The position numbers were made by a program, and so were the translations under genes. Below are positions 45,381 through 54,699 of a stretch of DNA of 64,000 nt, piece after piece (position 1 is the first letter of the stretch; each line of letters starts with the position of its first letter). The DNA is from Candidatus Aegiribacteria sp. (GTDB taxonomy: Bacteria > Fermentibacterota > Fermentibacteria > Fermentibacterales > JCC-6), in contig JAUXIK010000003.1 of NCBI GenBank assembly GCA_030620995.1, positions 21,822 through 85,821 on the forward strand, read 5' to 3'. The notes below the pieces were generated by a model. It worked only from the letters and a program-made list of their open reading frames with translations. It ran no database searches and was not told the origin of the DNA.

Positions 45381-47203
45381 AGAAATCCGCGGTATTACTG
45401 CTTATTCTGTTTGTTTCAGTACTCAACGCTATTTCTGTGGGATATGACATCGGTCTTGAGCAATTCAAGGAAAGCAGTCAACTAACTAATTCGATATCCC
45501 TGATGCACCAGCTCACATCCAGGATCACAATGAATGCCAGCGCTTCATTTTCGGCCAATAAGAATCTGGACCTTCATAGATTTCTTGAAGGTCGCGTCGG
45601 ATCCGCGAGTCTGACCTTTCGTCCCAGATCCGGATTGGAGTTCGGGATAAATCTCTCCAGAAACATCAGCACTGAAGAGAGATATGGCTCAATAATCCGG
45701 GATCAACTGAATAACACCACTTCCGGTCAGATACGTTATTCCCCGACATCGTGGCTCTCGATCGATATGAAACTTGGAGCCCATTTTGTGGATTACATGA
45801 ACCCATCCGGAGACAGCACAGTGACAGGTCATGATCATGGAGGGGTGAGCAGTGTCGACATCTCCTTGAGCAAAAATATTTTCAGTACTCTTAACGGGAG
45901 CCTTGAATTTGGAGAGCATAGAACGCTTGGACATCAGACGGATACGGGAAGGGATCAGCTTACCGCCAGATTGAGTTACGGATTTCCGCACGTTTTCAAC
46001 GGCGGCAATCTTACCGCTCAGGCTGGAGCATCAAGGCAGTCTACCGCATATCATGATTCTGCCCAGTGTCTCTGGCAGGATGACTGGTACAGTGACCTGT
46101 CCTTTGTGATACCGACTCCATTTGAGTATCTGAGTATGGAACTTGTTACAGGATGGGATTACATGGATCGTTTCTGGGAAGAGGATGATCCTGATACCAG
46201 CAGTTCAGAGGGAGATGTGCGTGACAGGCTGGAGAGAAGGCGAAATATCTCTTCCTCTTTGCGATATCAGATAATTGATAATCTTTCTCTAACCATGTCT
46301 CTCTCACGTTCCATCAGTCGTAACGATAGAAAACGCACAGCTACCGGAGTTTCAACACTTTTCGATATATACGATATCAGCGATGACAGAGTCTTTTCAT
46401 CAAGCCTTCAGTATACACCGGGGGACAGCCGGATTACATTTCAGCGGCTTATTCAGCTCTACAGGTTTGATACATTCGGAGAATGGACTGATTTTGCTGG
46501 GAATAAATACAGAGATAACAATGATCGTGATGAACTGAGGGAAGTTCTCTCACTTTCCGCGGAGATTCCGCTGAGCAGTAGAGTAACTCTGGACGCGAGT
46601 ATCCAGGGACAGAGCAGGAAGACTGTTTATCTGATGGCGGAGCAATCCGCGAACAGCAAGATTTCATCTACGTACAGTTTCAACCCCGGATTCAGGTATT
46701 TTCCGGGGGGCAACTGGACGCTGCAGGAATCAATCAAGATCAGCGCTGATTACACGACATTTCTCTTTCCGGAGATTGGTACTTCAGGATCAGACCTGCT
46801 GTTCAGAAGACTTGTTTCAACAACATCATTTCTGAGAGTATCAGAAGACAGTACTACCCTGGGTGTCTCCAACACATTCAGATTCCAGGATCAGGGAAGT
46901 TTTGACAACTCGGTTTTCAGCAGATCCGAGGAAATAATCAACAATACCATTACCTTGAATATGGGTTTTCACGTCGGCGGAAAAATCGGGCTCACTCCAA
47001 ACTATGCCTGGGAGTACTCTCAGAGAAACTATATAGCTTCCGGTAATCCTTCGCTGATCGAACACATGCACCATGTCGGGCTGCGGACGAGAATGAACCT
47101 GAATAATGGAATTCTGTCTCTCCGCGTGACAAAAACTTTTTATTCAAGGGATGACAGACCAAGTTACTGGAGGGCTGCTGTCGGGCTTAATTACCAGTTC
47201 TGA
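45377..47203 (+). CDS. Putative outer-membrane beta-barrel protein
   Basis: Signal peptide, alternating beta-strand pattern, C-terminal GLNYQF. Confidence 0.7.
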   Translation: MKKSAVLLLILFVSVLNAISVGYDIGLEQFKESSQLTNSISLMHQLTSRITMNASASFSANKNLDLHRFLEGRVGSASLTFRPRSGLEFGINLSRNISTEERYGSIIRDQLNNTTSGQIRYSPTSWLSIDMKLGAHFVDYMNPSGDSTVTGHDHGGVSSVDISLSKNIFSTLNGSLEFGEHRTLGHQTDTGRDQLTARLSYGFPHVFNGGNLTAQAGASRQSTAYHDSAQCLWQDDWYSDLSFVIPTPFEYLSMELVTGWDYMDRFWEEDDPDTSSSEGDVRDRLERRRNISSSLRYQIIDNLSLTMSLSRSISRNDRKRTATGVSTLFDIYDISDDRVFSSSLQYTPGDSRITFQRLIQLYRFDTFGEWTDFAGNKYRDNNDRDELREVLSLSAEIPLSSRVTLDASIQGQSRKTVYLMAEQSANSKISSTYSFNPGFRYFPGGNWTLQESIKISADYTTFLFPEIGTSGSDLLFRRLVSTTSFLRVSEDSTTLGVSNTFRFQDQGSFDNSVFSRSEEIINNTITLNMGFHVGGKIGLTPNYAWEYSQRNYIASGNPSLIEHMHHVGLRTRMNLNNGILSLRVTKTFYSRDDRPSYWRAAVGLNYQF

Positions 47204-47218
47204 ACTGAAGGTGAATAA

Positions 47219-47830
47219 ATGAAAATTCTGCTCATTCTGTCAACCGTTTCCGCCATGCTTCTTATCGCTTCATGTTCATTTTTTGATCCCAGAAACCCGC
47301 AGTATCCAAATCCCGATGATGACATTCCCTGGTATCAGCCATACGCCCCTTCCACAGTGGTATTGAACCTCTCGAACTCCTTTAAGGGCAGATCCATCTC
47401 GATGTTCATGGCATGCTGTGATTCCTCCTATATGTTTCTGGCTGATGATGTCGACATAGCAGAGTTTGGAGCATCATGGGATTTCAGTAACTGGGACTAT
47501 GAAGTTGAGCAGAACACAGTACTGAATATTTTTGCCGCGGTCGAAGGGTCAGGATTCCCGGATTCCACCAAGGCGTCCTTCATCATGAACACTGTTGCCG
47601 AGCATCCGGATCCAGCGGCTCCATCCGATTCAGCCGAGATATATCGGGACTATGAAATTGTAGCCGCAGGCAGTGAGTATTGCGGATGGGACAACCCGGC
47701 CAGAGGACGTGTGATATTTCTCATGATTGAGGACAATTACGGATTATGGTCGATAAAGAAGTGGTTCGATTACAGGCCGGAGGATTACACCGAATACACA
47801 TGGGGTGTAGCCAAGGCTACTTACAGGTAG
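47219..47830 (+). CDS. Hypothetical lipoprotein
   Basis: LLIASC lipobox, F.PR.P..P, terminal W.I..W.D pattern. Confidence 0.7.
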   Translation: MKILLILSTVSAMLLIASCSFFDPRNPQYPNPDDDIPWYQPYAPSTVVLNLSNSFKGRSISMFMACCDSSYMFLADDVDIAEFGASWDFSNWDYEVEQNTVLNIFAAVEGSGFPDSTKASFIMNTVAEHPDPAAPSDSAEIYRDYEIVAAGSEYCGWDNPARGRVIFLMIEDNYGLWSIKKWFDYRPEDYTEYTWGVAKATYR

Positions 47831-47875
47831 CTGGAATTTCGTATTGAGAACACCCGCCTTCCCTGCGATATCAGA

Positions 47876-48535
47876 ATGTATCAGGATCAGATGACATCTG
47901 TGACAACGGATACTCTGCTTCTCGCATGTTCTCTTGATGTTTCTCCCGGTTCAGTCGTGATCGAACTCGGTTGCGGAAGCGGTGGCGCGATGCTGGCATC
48001 CTCCACCCTGAATACGGATTGCAGATGGATCGGAATTGACGTTCAGATAGAATTGCTTCGAATGATGACCGGTTCTATTGAAATCCGGAGAAAACAGCTT
48101 GATCTGGCAGGTATATGCTGCAGTGTTGAAGCAGTTCCACGTACTCTTACCGGCGCGATAGCCGATGCGGTAATTATGAATCCTCCATTCGGACGGAACA
48201 CATCCGGCAGGAGCAGCCCTGTCAGAACGCGACGCATCTCCAGGTCAGGTTCAGATCTGCTCCTTTACTATTTTATCAGAGCCTCCGCACATCTGCTGAT
48301 TTCAGGGGGGGTGTTAATCATGATCAACAGACCTGCTCTTCTGCCGAAAATGATCCTTGGGTGTCAGTCAGCAGGAATTGCTCCTGAGATACTTCAACCG
48401 GTGGGTTCTGAAGGAAAGCCGGCAGGTCATATTATCCTGCACGGGAGGAAAGATTCATCAGCTGTTCTTAAGATTCTTCCTCAGATAGAATCGGAGCAAT
48501 TGATCAGGAAAATCACTCAGAGTCAAAGTACTTGA
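47876..48535 (+). CDS. Class I SAM-dependent methyltransferase (TrmN6/YfiC-like)
   Basis: DTLLLA, ELGCGSG, MNPPF; start could lie up to 45 nt upstream. Confidence 0.75.
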   Translation: MYQDQMTSVTTDTLLLACSLDVSPGSVVIELGCGSGGAMLASSTLNTDCRWIGIDVQIELLRMMTGSIEIRRKQLDLAGICCSVEAVPRTLTGAIADAVIMNPPFGRNTSGRSSPVRTRRISRSGSDLLLYYFIRASAHLLISGGVLIMINRPALLPKMILGCQSAGIAPEILQPVGSEGKPAGHIILHGRKDSSAVLKILPQIESEQLIRKITQSQST

Positions 48536-48965
48536 TATATCGAGGCGCTCTGAAAACAGCAGCTGCATATGATGCCGAATCCGAAAACGCTCCTTCATGG
48601 AGAAGTATTTTGAGTATCCATCTTCCCGTTGAGTCAGGGAAAACAGCAAGAGTTGCGTTACCCCCATCAGCTATGCTGTGAATATCACCTGAAGGATTTT
48701 CTAACCAGAACTCCATGATGTTGAAATATGAATCTGACCAGATGTAGAGAAAGTACATATACTCCCGGGTGAATATCAGTTCGCGAGAGACCGTGTCTCC
48801 CAGGAACATGCTTCCCGTAACAGGTTCGCCGATCATTTCATCTCCCAGTTCCTCAAGACCTGATACAACATCTATCAGGCGTTCAAGAGCTTGGGTCTCA
48901 TTCGCCTGCGCTGCGGGAACAAGAATCAGGATAAAAAGAATGACGGATATTACAATACTCATCAC
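48513..48965 (-). CDS. Hypothetical secreted protein
   Basis: Signal peptide ending AQA; GGAGGGG upstream. Confidence 0.6.
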   Translation of the reverse strand: MMSIVISVILFILILVPAAQANETQALERLIDVVSGLEELGDEMIGEPVTGSMFLGDTVSRELIFTREYMYFLYIWSDSYFNIMEFWLENPSGDIHSIADGGNATLAVFPDSTGRWILKILLHEGAFSDSASYAAAVFRAPRYIKYFDSE

Positions 48966-49020
48966 CGTTGCTATATTCCCCTCCAACAGTATTCAGTCAT
49001 CCACCCGGTCAGGAGGCATC

Positions 49021-49764
49021 ATTCAACAGTTAATAGACCTTCACTGTCATATTGTTCCTGGTGTTGATGATGGCCCTGCAACCTGGGAAGAATCCACTCA
49101 GCTTCTCCGTCAGATGAAAGAACAGATGACCCGTCCCGCTGTTTTAGTAGCAACCCCTCATTTTCGTCTTTCGACCAGCGGAAGAGTATTCAGTTCTCAG
49201 TCAAAAAGAATACTTGAATTTCTTTCCTTTGCCAACAGATTGAGAATAGAGGATGAATTCTCTGTCCTTGCCGCAAGAGAGGTCATGCTTGACAGGTGGA
49301 GACCATCAGCGAACGCTCTTGATGTTCTTTGCCTTCCGGGAACATCCTGGGTTCTGGTTGAACATTCATTCAGTATGCCATGGATATTTGCTCTATTGAG
49401 AATCAGAGCTGTTTTGAAACAGGGATACAGGCCGCTGCTTGCCCATCCTGAGAGATACTCATGGTGCCGGACTCGTCCGGAAAGAATAGGCAGGCTTTCA
49501 GAACTGGGAGTGGGTATTCAGGTCTGCGCTAAAAGCCTTTCAGGAACAGGAGTGACAGCTGAAACAGCCTGGAGACTTATTGAAACCGGGATGGTTCACG
49601 TTCTTTCTTCGGATGCCCATCACCCCGGTGACAAACTGCTTTCAGAAGAATTAAAACATGAGGTAGACAGAGTGGCTCCAGGTGCTTACAATCTGCTTGC
49701 GGGAAAAATACCTGAGATGGTTTTGAACAACTGTGAATTACCGAAGCTTCCGTTGACGACCTGA
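49021..49764 (+). CDS. CpsB/CapC-like PHP tyrosine phosphatase
   Basis: IDLHCHIVPGVDDG, ATPH, AHPERY, SSDAH; start placed at ATT 49021 after AGGAGG. Confidence 0.82.
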   Translation: MQQLIDLHCHIVPGVDDGPATWEESTQLLRQMKEQMTRPAVLVATPHFRLSTSGRVFSSQSKRILEFLSFANRLRIEDEFSVLAAREVMLDRWRPSANALDVLCLPGTSWVLVEHSFSMPWIFALLRIRAVLKQGYRPLLAHPERYSWCRTRPERIGRLSELGVGIQVCAKSLSGTGVTAETAWRLIETGMVHVLSSDAHHPGDKLLSEELKHEVDRVAPGAYNLLAGKIPEMVLNNCELPKLPLTT

Positions 49765-49782
49765 TTTGAATCAAGAGGGAAA

Positions 49783-50589
49783 GTGAAGAAGAAATTTCTG
49801 ATAACCGGTGTAAATGGGCAGCTGGGTTCCGTATTTCTGGATCTGCTGGGAAATGAAGCGGAAGGAATTGATCTTCCTGAAGTTGATATCGCTGAACCGG
49901 AATCGGTTCAGAGAGCAGTTGACAGAGCCGATCCGGAGTGGATCATCAACTGTTCCGCTGTTACGGATGTTGATCTTTGTCAGAGAAGACCCGAACTGGC
50001 CTACAGGGTACACAGAGACGGAGTCAGCAATCTTGCCCGCACCGGCAGGAAACTGGTGACCTTCTCAACCGATCATGTCTTCAATGGCAGTTTTGACCGC
50101 AGGAAACCGTTTTTTGAGGGTGATACTCCCTCACCAGCTAATGTTTATGGAGAGAGTAAACTTCAGGGAGAATCTGAAGCTCTGAGCGCACATGCCGATA
50201 ACATTGTCATAAGAACTTCCTGGCTGTTCTCCGAATCGAAGGGAATGGTTCCGCATTTCTGGAGAATGCTGTCGGAAAACGTCCTGATCACAGCTGTCAC
50301 GGATCAGATTGCCTGCCTGACCTACGCGCCTGATCTTGCCGGGGCAGTTCTGAAGATTATCATTGGTGGAAGGTCGGGTCTTTTTCATCTTGCCAGCAAT
50401 CCGGGGGTGACTCCTTTCGAACTGGCAACCAGGCTTGCGGAATATATAGACGGCACAATTCAGAAAATAACCTGGGCACAGCTTGATCTTGACGCTCCAA
50501 GACCTGCCTGTTCAGTACTGGCCACATCCAGAGGCCTGGAATTGCCGACAGTGTGGGACGCGGTTGAAAGATGGAGGATAAGGAAATGA
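49783..50589 (+). CDS. rfbD: dTDP-4-dehydrorhamnose reductase
   Basis: TGVNGQLG, STDHVFNG, YGESK, IRTSWLF, DQ...TY..DLA, APRP. Confidence 0.88.
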   Translation: MKKKFLITGVNGQLGSVFLDLLGNEAEGIDLPEVDIAEPESVQRAVDRADPEWIINCSAVTDVDLCQRRPELAYRVHRDGVSNLARTGRKLVTFSTDHVFNGSFDRRKPFFEGDTPSPANVYGESKLQGESEALSAHADNIVIRTSWLFSESKGMVPHFWRMLSENVLITAVTDQIACLTYAPDLAGAVLKIIIGGRSGLFHLASNPGVTPFELATRLAEYIDGTIQKITWAQLDLDAPRPACSVLATSRGLELPTVWDAVERWRIRK

Positions 50590-51161
50590 CTGAAATAGAG
50601 AAATACATCAAAGCCGCGAAGGCTTCGATTGCCTTGCTTGACAGCGAAATGATAGAAAGGGCATCTGATCTATGCGTGAAATCAGTTCTTTCCGGAGGAA
50701 CGATTTTCTTCTGCGGAAATGGCGGAAGTGCTGCTGATGCCCAGCACCTGGCAGGTGAACTAATCGGCCGTTTCCGTCTTGATCGGGATGCTATTCCAGC
50801 AATAGCGATTACTGCCAATGCTGCTATTATTACATCCATAGCTAATGATTACGATTTTTCAGAGATATTTGCCAGGCAGCTGCAGGCATTGGGGAAACCC
50901 GGAGATGTTCTGATTGCCATATCGACGAGCGGACGTTCGCGAAACGTAATAAAAGCTGTTGAGGAAGCACGAAGAAAGTCCATGAAGATCGTAGGTTTCA
51001 CTGGCAGTGATGGAGGAGCCATCGCGCGAAGGGCCGATGTTGCCGTAAAAGCAACTTCCACAGAGACCAGTCACATACAGGAAGAGCTTCTTATAGCAGG
51101 ACATGCCATATGCTCGGCAGTTGAAAGAAAATGCGCAGATTACATCAGGAGCAGGCACTGA
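50571..51161 (+). CDS. gmhA: Phosphoheptose isomerase
   Basis: CGNGGSAADAQH, ISTSG.S.NV, IQE.....GH. Confidence 0.93.
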   Translation: MEDKEMTEIEKYIKAAKASIALLDSEMIERASDLCVKSVLSGGTIFFCGNGGSAADAQHLAGELIGRFRLDRDAIPAIAITANAAIITSIANDYDFSEIFARQLQALGKPGDVLIAISTSGRSRNVIKAVEEARRKSMKIVGFTGSDGGAIARRADVAVKATSTETSHIQEELLIAGHAICSAVERKCADYIRSRH

Positions 51162-51162
51162 T

Positions 51163-52179
51163 TTGAAGAAACATGCTGTCTGGAAACACCTGATACCAGG
51201 AATAATAATAGCCGGAATCGCTCTATTTCTCACTTACCGAAAAATGGACATGGCTCAGCTTATGTCCGCTCTCGGGGAGATGTCCTGGCCTGTACTCCTT
51301 CTTATTCTCCCTCCGCTCGCCATGAGCTATTTCTTCAGAATCATAAGATGGCGCCTGCTTCTATCCCCGATGGAAAAAGTCTCAATGAAAGATGCGTCAG
51401 GACCTCTTCTTACAGGTTTCATGGTGAATGCCCTTCTTCCCGGAAGAGTTGGCGAAATCCTCAGAGCTCTTCTCCTTTCAAGGCGGACTTCAGTACCCGG
51501 AGCATCCTCATTTGCCACCGTGGTACTCGCACGGATATTCGATGGGCTTACTCTGGCCACCATGACTCTTATTGTTCTGGCTGTACTGTGGACGGAACTT
51601 GATACTGCTATCAGGCTTGGATTGATTGGCGCCGCGTTACTCTATTTCGTCGTTCTCCTGATGCTTATTTCTCTTCGGAAGTGGAAGGAGCAGGCAGCAG
51701 GAGCGATCTCCGCTCCTTTCAGATGGGTCAGACTAAAATCATTTTCAGAAATAATCGAGCGTCTGCTTGTTTCCTTTTCTCACGGCCTTGAAGTATTGAA
51801 GAACTGGAGAGAGATCATTAAGGTGGTATTCTATTCACTCCTTATCTGGGGAATGCTTGCTCTTTCGGTTTTGCCGGTATTCAGGGCAATGCATCTCGAG
51901 GTACTCTGGTATTATCCTCTGCTTGTACTGATTCTGGCCGGCCTTGGAATGCTCATCCCAACCCCTGCCGGAACCGGAACGGTACACGGAGCCCTTGTGC
52001 TTGTACTGCCTGGTCTTGTGGGAATAACAGTTGAAAACACCAGAATATTCGCATTACTCTTCCACACTACGCAGTTCATTCCGATAATCCTTGTCGGACT
52101 GATAGCAGCTGTTCGTGAGGGTGTAACAACATCTCAGGTCAGTGAGCTTGCCGATAAAGAACCACCGGAGATTGAATAG
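51163..52179 (+). CDS. Lysylphosphatidylglycerol-synthase TM / flippase-like membrane protein
   Basis: R..RW..LL, N.LLPGRVGE..R, R.FD, PTPAG.G. Confidence 0.82.
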   Translation: MKKHAVWKHLIPGIIIAGIALFLTYRKMDMAQLMSALGEMSWPVLLLILPPLAMSYFFRIIRWRLLLSPMEKVSMKDASGPLLTGFMVNALLPGRVGEILRALLLSRRTSVPGASSFATVVLARIFDGLTLATMTLIVLAVLWTELDTAIRLGLIGAALLYFVVLLMLISLRKWKEQAAGAISAPFRWVRLKSFSEIIERLLVSFSHGLEVLKNWREIIKVVFYSLLIWGMLALSVLPVFRAMHLEVLWYYPLLVLILAGLGMLIPTPAGTGTVHGALVLVLPGLVGITVENTRIFALLFHTTQFIPIILVGLIAAVREGVTTSQVSELADKEPPEIE

Positions 52180-52600
52180 CGTTATTTCCGACGTTCCTGC
52201 CAATATTGCTGATTCACCCGGTTATTACATCGCTCGCGGCTCTGTAACAGTTATTTCAGATCATCTGACTGATATCAGATGTTCTTATAAATATGATATA
52301 GCTACAATTTCAAACATCATACACCAATCAGAATCATTTAACTGATTTAATATATATCAGTTGTCGATAATTGGCTAGCGAATATCCCGGAATAAGCGGT
52401 AATGAGCCTTCCTGTTATGTGAGTAGAAATCAGTTCGATGAAGGAGCTTGCGGGAGAACACTTTCTTTATTAAGTTTTTAGCATTGAAGTCTTAATAGTG
52501 TTTTACTTAATTCAGTAAATCTGAATAAGGAGTCAGCACGATCATACAACGCGGATAAACAGATCAATGTTAATCCGCAGATTCATCTGTTATGTCAAAT

Positions 52601-52616
52601 TGGCACCATTCGTGCT
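52601..52616 (+). promoter_or_regulatory. Putative sigma54 -24/-12 promoter
   Basis: TGGCAC-cattc-GTGCT versus consensus TGGCAC-N5-TTGCW, about 100 bp upstream of the ferredoxin gene. Confidence 0.45.
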
Positions 52617-52719
52617 TTCTGTAAATGACTGGGATTGTAAGTTGTTGACAATAAGTTAATAATAGGTGCATATTAACTGGAATGATTTTTGCCTGTATAA
52701 GTTCTGAAAGGAAAGGAAG

Positions 52720-52983
52720 ATGGGTTTTCTGGACATCCTTTTCAAGCGGGACACAGCTGACGGTTATCCCGGAAAAGGAATCTGGAAGAAACCTCATCCT
52801 TTGCGCAGGGCTTTCGTCAAACAGGAACTGTGTCAGGGATGCGGTGAATGTGAATCCATCTGTTATTATGGAAGAATCAGAGTTCGAAGGAATCGGGCAG
52901 CCGCTGTTTCGAAGGGATGTGCGGGGTGTGGTGCATGCGCCGGAATATGTCCTGCAGGGGCGATTATCATGATAGATAATTAG
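52720..52983 (+). CDS. 2x[4Fe-4S] ferredoxin-like protein
   Basis: CQGCGECESIC and CAGCGACAGICPAGAI. Confidence 0.8.
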   Translation: MGFLDILFKRDTADGYPGKGIWKKPHPLRRAFVKQELCQGCGECESICYYGRIRVRRNRAAAVSKGCAGCGACAGICPAGAIIMIDN

Positions 52984-53009
52984 AGAAGAAAACCGAGAAG
53001 GATTAAAAA

Positions 53010-53264
53010 ATGCCAACATATGAATACAAATGCAAAAAGTGCGGACACAAATTTGATAAGTTCCATAAGATGAGTGATGATTCAATCAAAACCTGTCCTG
53101 AATGCGGCTGCGAAGTAGAGCGACTTATCGGAGCCGGATCCGGTATTATCTTCAAAGGAGCGGGATTTCACGCAACTGACTATGCTAATTCCAGATCGAG
53201 CTGCTGCGGATCTGACAGCAAACCGGACAGTTGCGCCTCAGGGAAGTGCTGCCAGAAAGACTAA
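53010..53264 (+). CDS. FmdB-family zinc-ribbon protein
   Basis: MPTYEYKCKKCG..F...CPECG..V.RLI....FKG.GF..TDY. Confidence 0.9.
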   Translation: MPTYEYKCKKCGHKFDKFHKMSDDSIKTCPECGCEVERLIGAGSGIIFKGAGFHATDYANSRSSCCGSDSKPDSCASGKCCQKD

Positions 53265-53356
53265 CCTGGTTTTACTGTAAATACTGTCTGGTAGGAGAGT
53301 CATTCAGGTATTATACTCCATGAGTTTCAATTGGATATTTCAGGGGGGTTAATCTT

Positions 53357-54670
53357 ATCAGACACCATATTCTTTTACTTTTCCTTTTCCTGATTCTGCT
53401 CGCATGTGGTAATAACGAACATGCCGATGACAATGTTGTTCAGGTTCTATTCTGGCATGCAATGGGTGGACCTCTGGGTGAATTCATGGAAGATTCACTT
53501 GTAACCGAGTTCAATGCAACACATCCGTATATCGAAGTTATTCCTGTCAGTATGGGGAATTACAGAGCTCTCTGCCAGAAGATACTGGCAAGCGTCATGG
53601 CTGGTGATACCCCTGTTGTTGCGCAGGCCTACGAAACCTGGACATCTCAGCTGATAAGAGGTAATGCCCTTGTACCTCTGGATTCCCTCATGGAACTTGA
53701 TACACCGGACATCACTGACAGATGGAATAACGATTTCTTTCCTGTTTTCAGGCTGAATAATACGTTTGACGGACGAATCTACAGTTTTCCTTTCAACAAA
53801 AGCGCGCAGGCTGTTTATTACAATGTTGAACTGATGGACAGCTTGAATCTTGAGCCCGCAGAAACAAGAGATGAATACCGCAAACTGCTGATCTCTCTTA
53901 CCAATGATGGTAACAATGATGGTGATCTGCTTGACGATGTAGATCGATGGGGAACAGCCTTTACTCCGAGTGTGGGTATGTTCGAAAACCTTCTGCTTCA
54001 GGGTGGCGGATCCCTGCTGTCAGAAGACGGATCACGAACTGCATTTGCGTCGCAGGCTGGAATAGAAGCTCTTCAATTCCTGATAGATCTGATACATACC
54101 GATGGTTCCGCCAGGATTTCTTCCGGTTATACACATCAGAACGATTTTGCGGAGGGTCTCGTTGGCATCGTACAGGGATCTACGGTTTCGCTGGCATTTA
54201 TGGAAAAGACCTTTCAGCGTCGGGAGGAAAACGGAGAATATGTTTTTACACTGGGGATAGCTCCACTTCCGGCTTACAGAGAACAGGCTGTAATAATAGC
54301 AGGAACGAATGTTATTCTCTTCAAATCAGATTCTGCTGAAGTCGAAGCAGGATGGGAATTCATCAAATGGTTCACAGAATCCCGTCAGCAGGCCAGATGG
54401 AGTGCTGCCACCGGATATATTCCCGCCACACGGAGTTCTATCGAGGAACCTGAAATACAGGAGCGTTTTGAGGAGTATCCCGGTCTTGAGGACGTGATGC
54501 TTCAGATTGAATACGCGCAGTTCGAACCACAGCAGACATTCTGGTATGATGGCAGGCTTTTTCTTTCAGAGGCGGTGGAGATCGCTCTCTATGGAAGAAT
54601 GAGTGCTGAGGAAGCTCTATCCAGAGCTGCCACCCTTGCAGATGCTGAACTTGGTTCCGAACTTGACTGA
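53357..54670 (+). CDS. ABC transporter substrate-binding lipoprotein (UgpB/sugar-phosphate class)
   Basis: In-frame signal IRHHILLLFLFLILLAC upstream of the ORF-track start; FWHAMGG, PFNKS...YYN, W.F.KWF, TGYIP. Confidence 0.85.
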   Translation: MRHHILLLFLFLILLACGNNEHADDNVVQVLFWHAMGGPLGEFMEDSLVTEFNATHPYIEVIPVSMGNYRALCQKILASVMAGDTPVVAQAYETWTSQLIRGNALVPLDSLMELDTPDITDRWNNDFFPVFRLNNTFDGRIYSFPFNKSAQAVYYNVELMDSLNLEPAETRDEYRKLLISLTNDGNNDGDLLDDVDRWGTAFTPSVGMFENLLLQGGGSLLSEDGSRTAFASQAGIEALQFLIDLIHTDGSARISSGYTHQNDFAEGLVGIVQGSTVSLAFMEKTFQRREENGEYVFTLGIAPLPAYREQAVIIAGTNVILFKSDSAEVEAGWEFIKWFTESRQQARWSAATGYIPATRSSIEEPEIQERFEEYPGLEDVMLQIEYAQFEPQQTFWYDGRLFLSEAVEIALYGRMSAEEALSRAATLADAELGSELD

Positions 54671-54699
54671 CAGATAATTCACTCGTGAAAGGGGAGACG

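Noticed and set aside
47828-47876. Amber read-through fusing the lipoprotein to the in-frame methyltransferase, or a CTG start at 47831
   Set aside because: A lipoprotein fused to a cytoplasmic methyltransferase is implausible, there is no pyl evidence, ATG 47876 is usable, and there is no clear SD before the CTG
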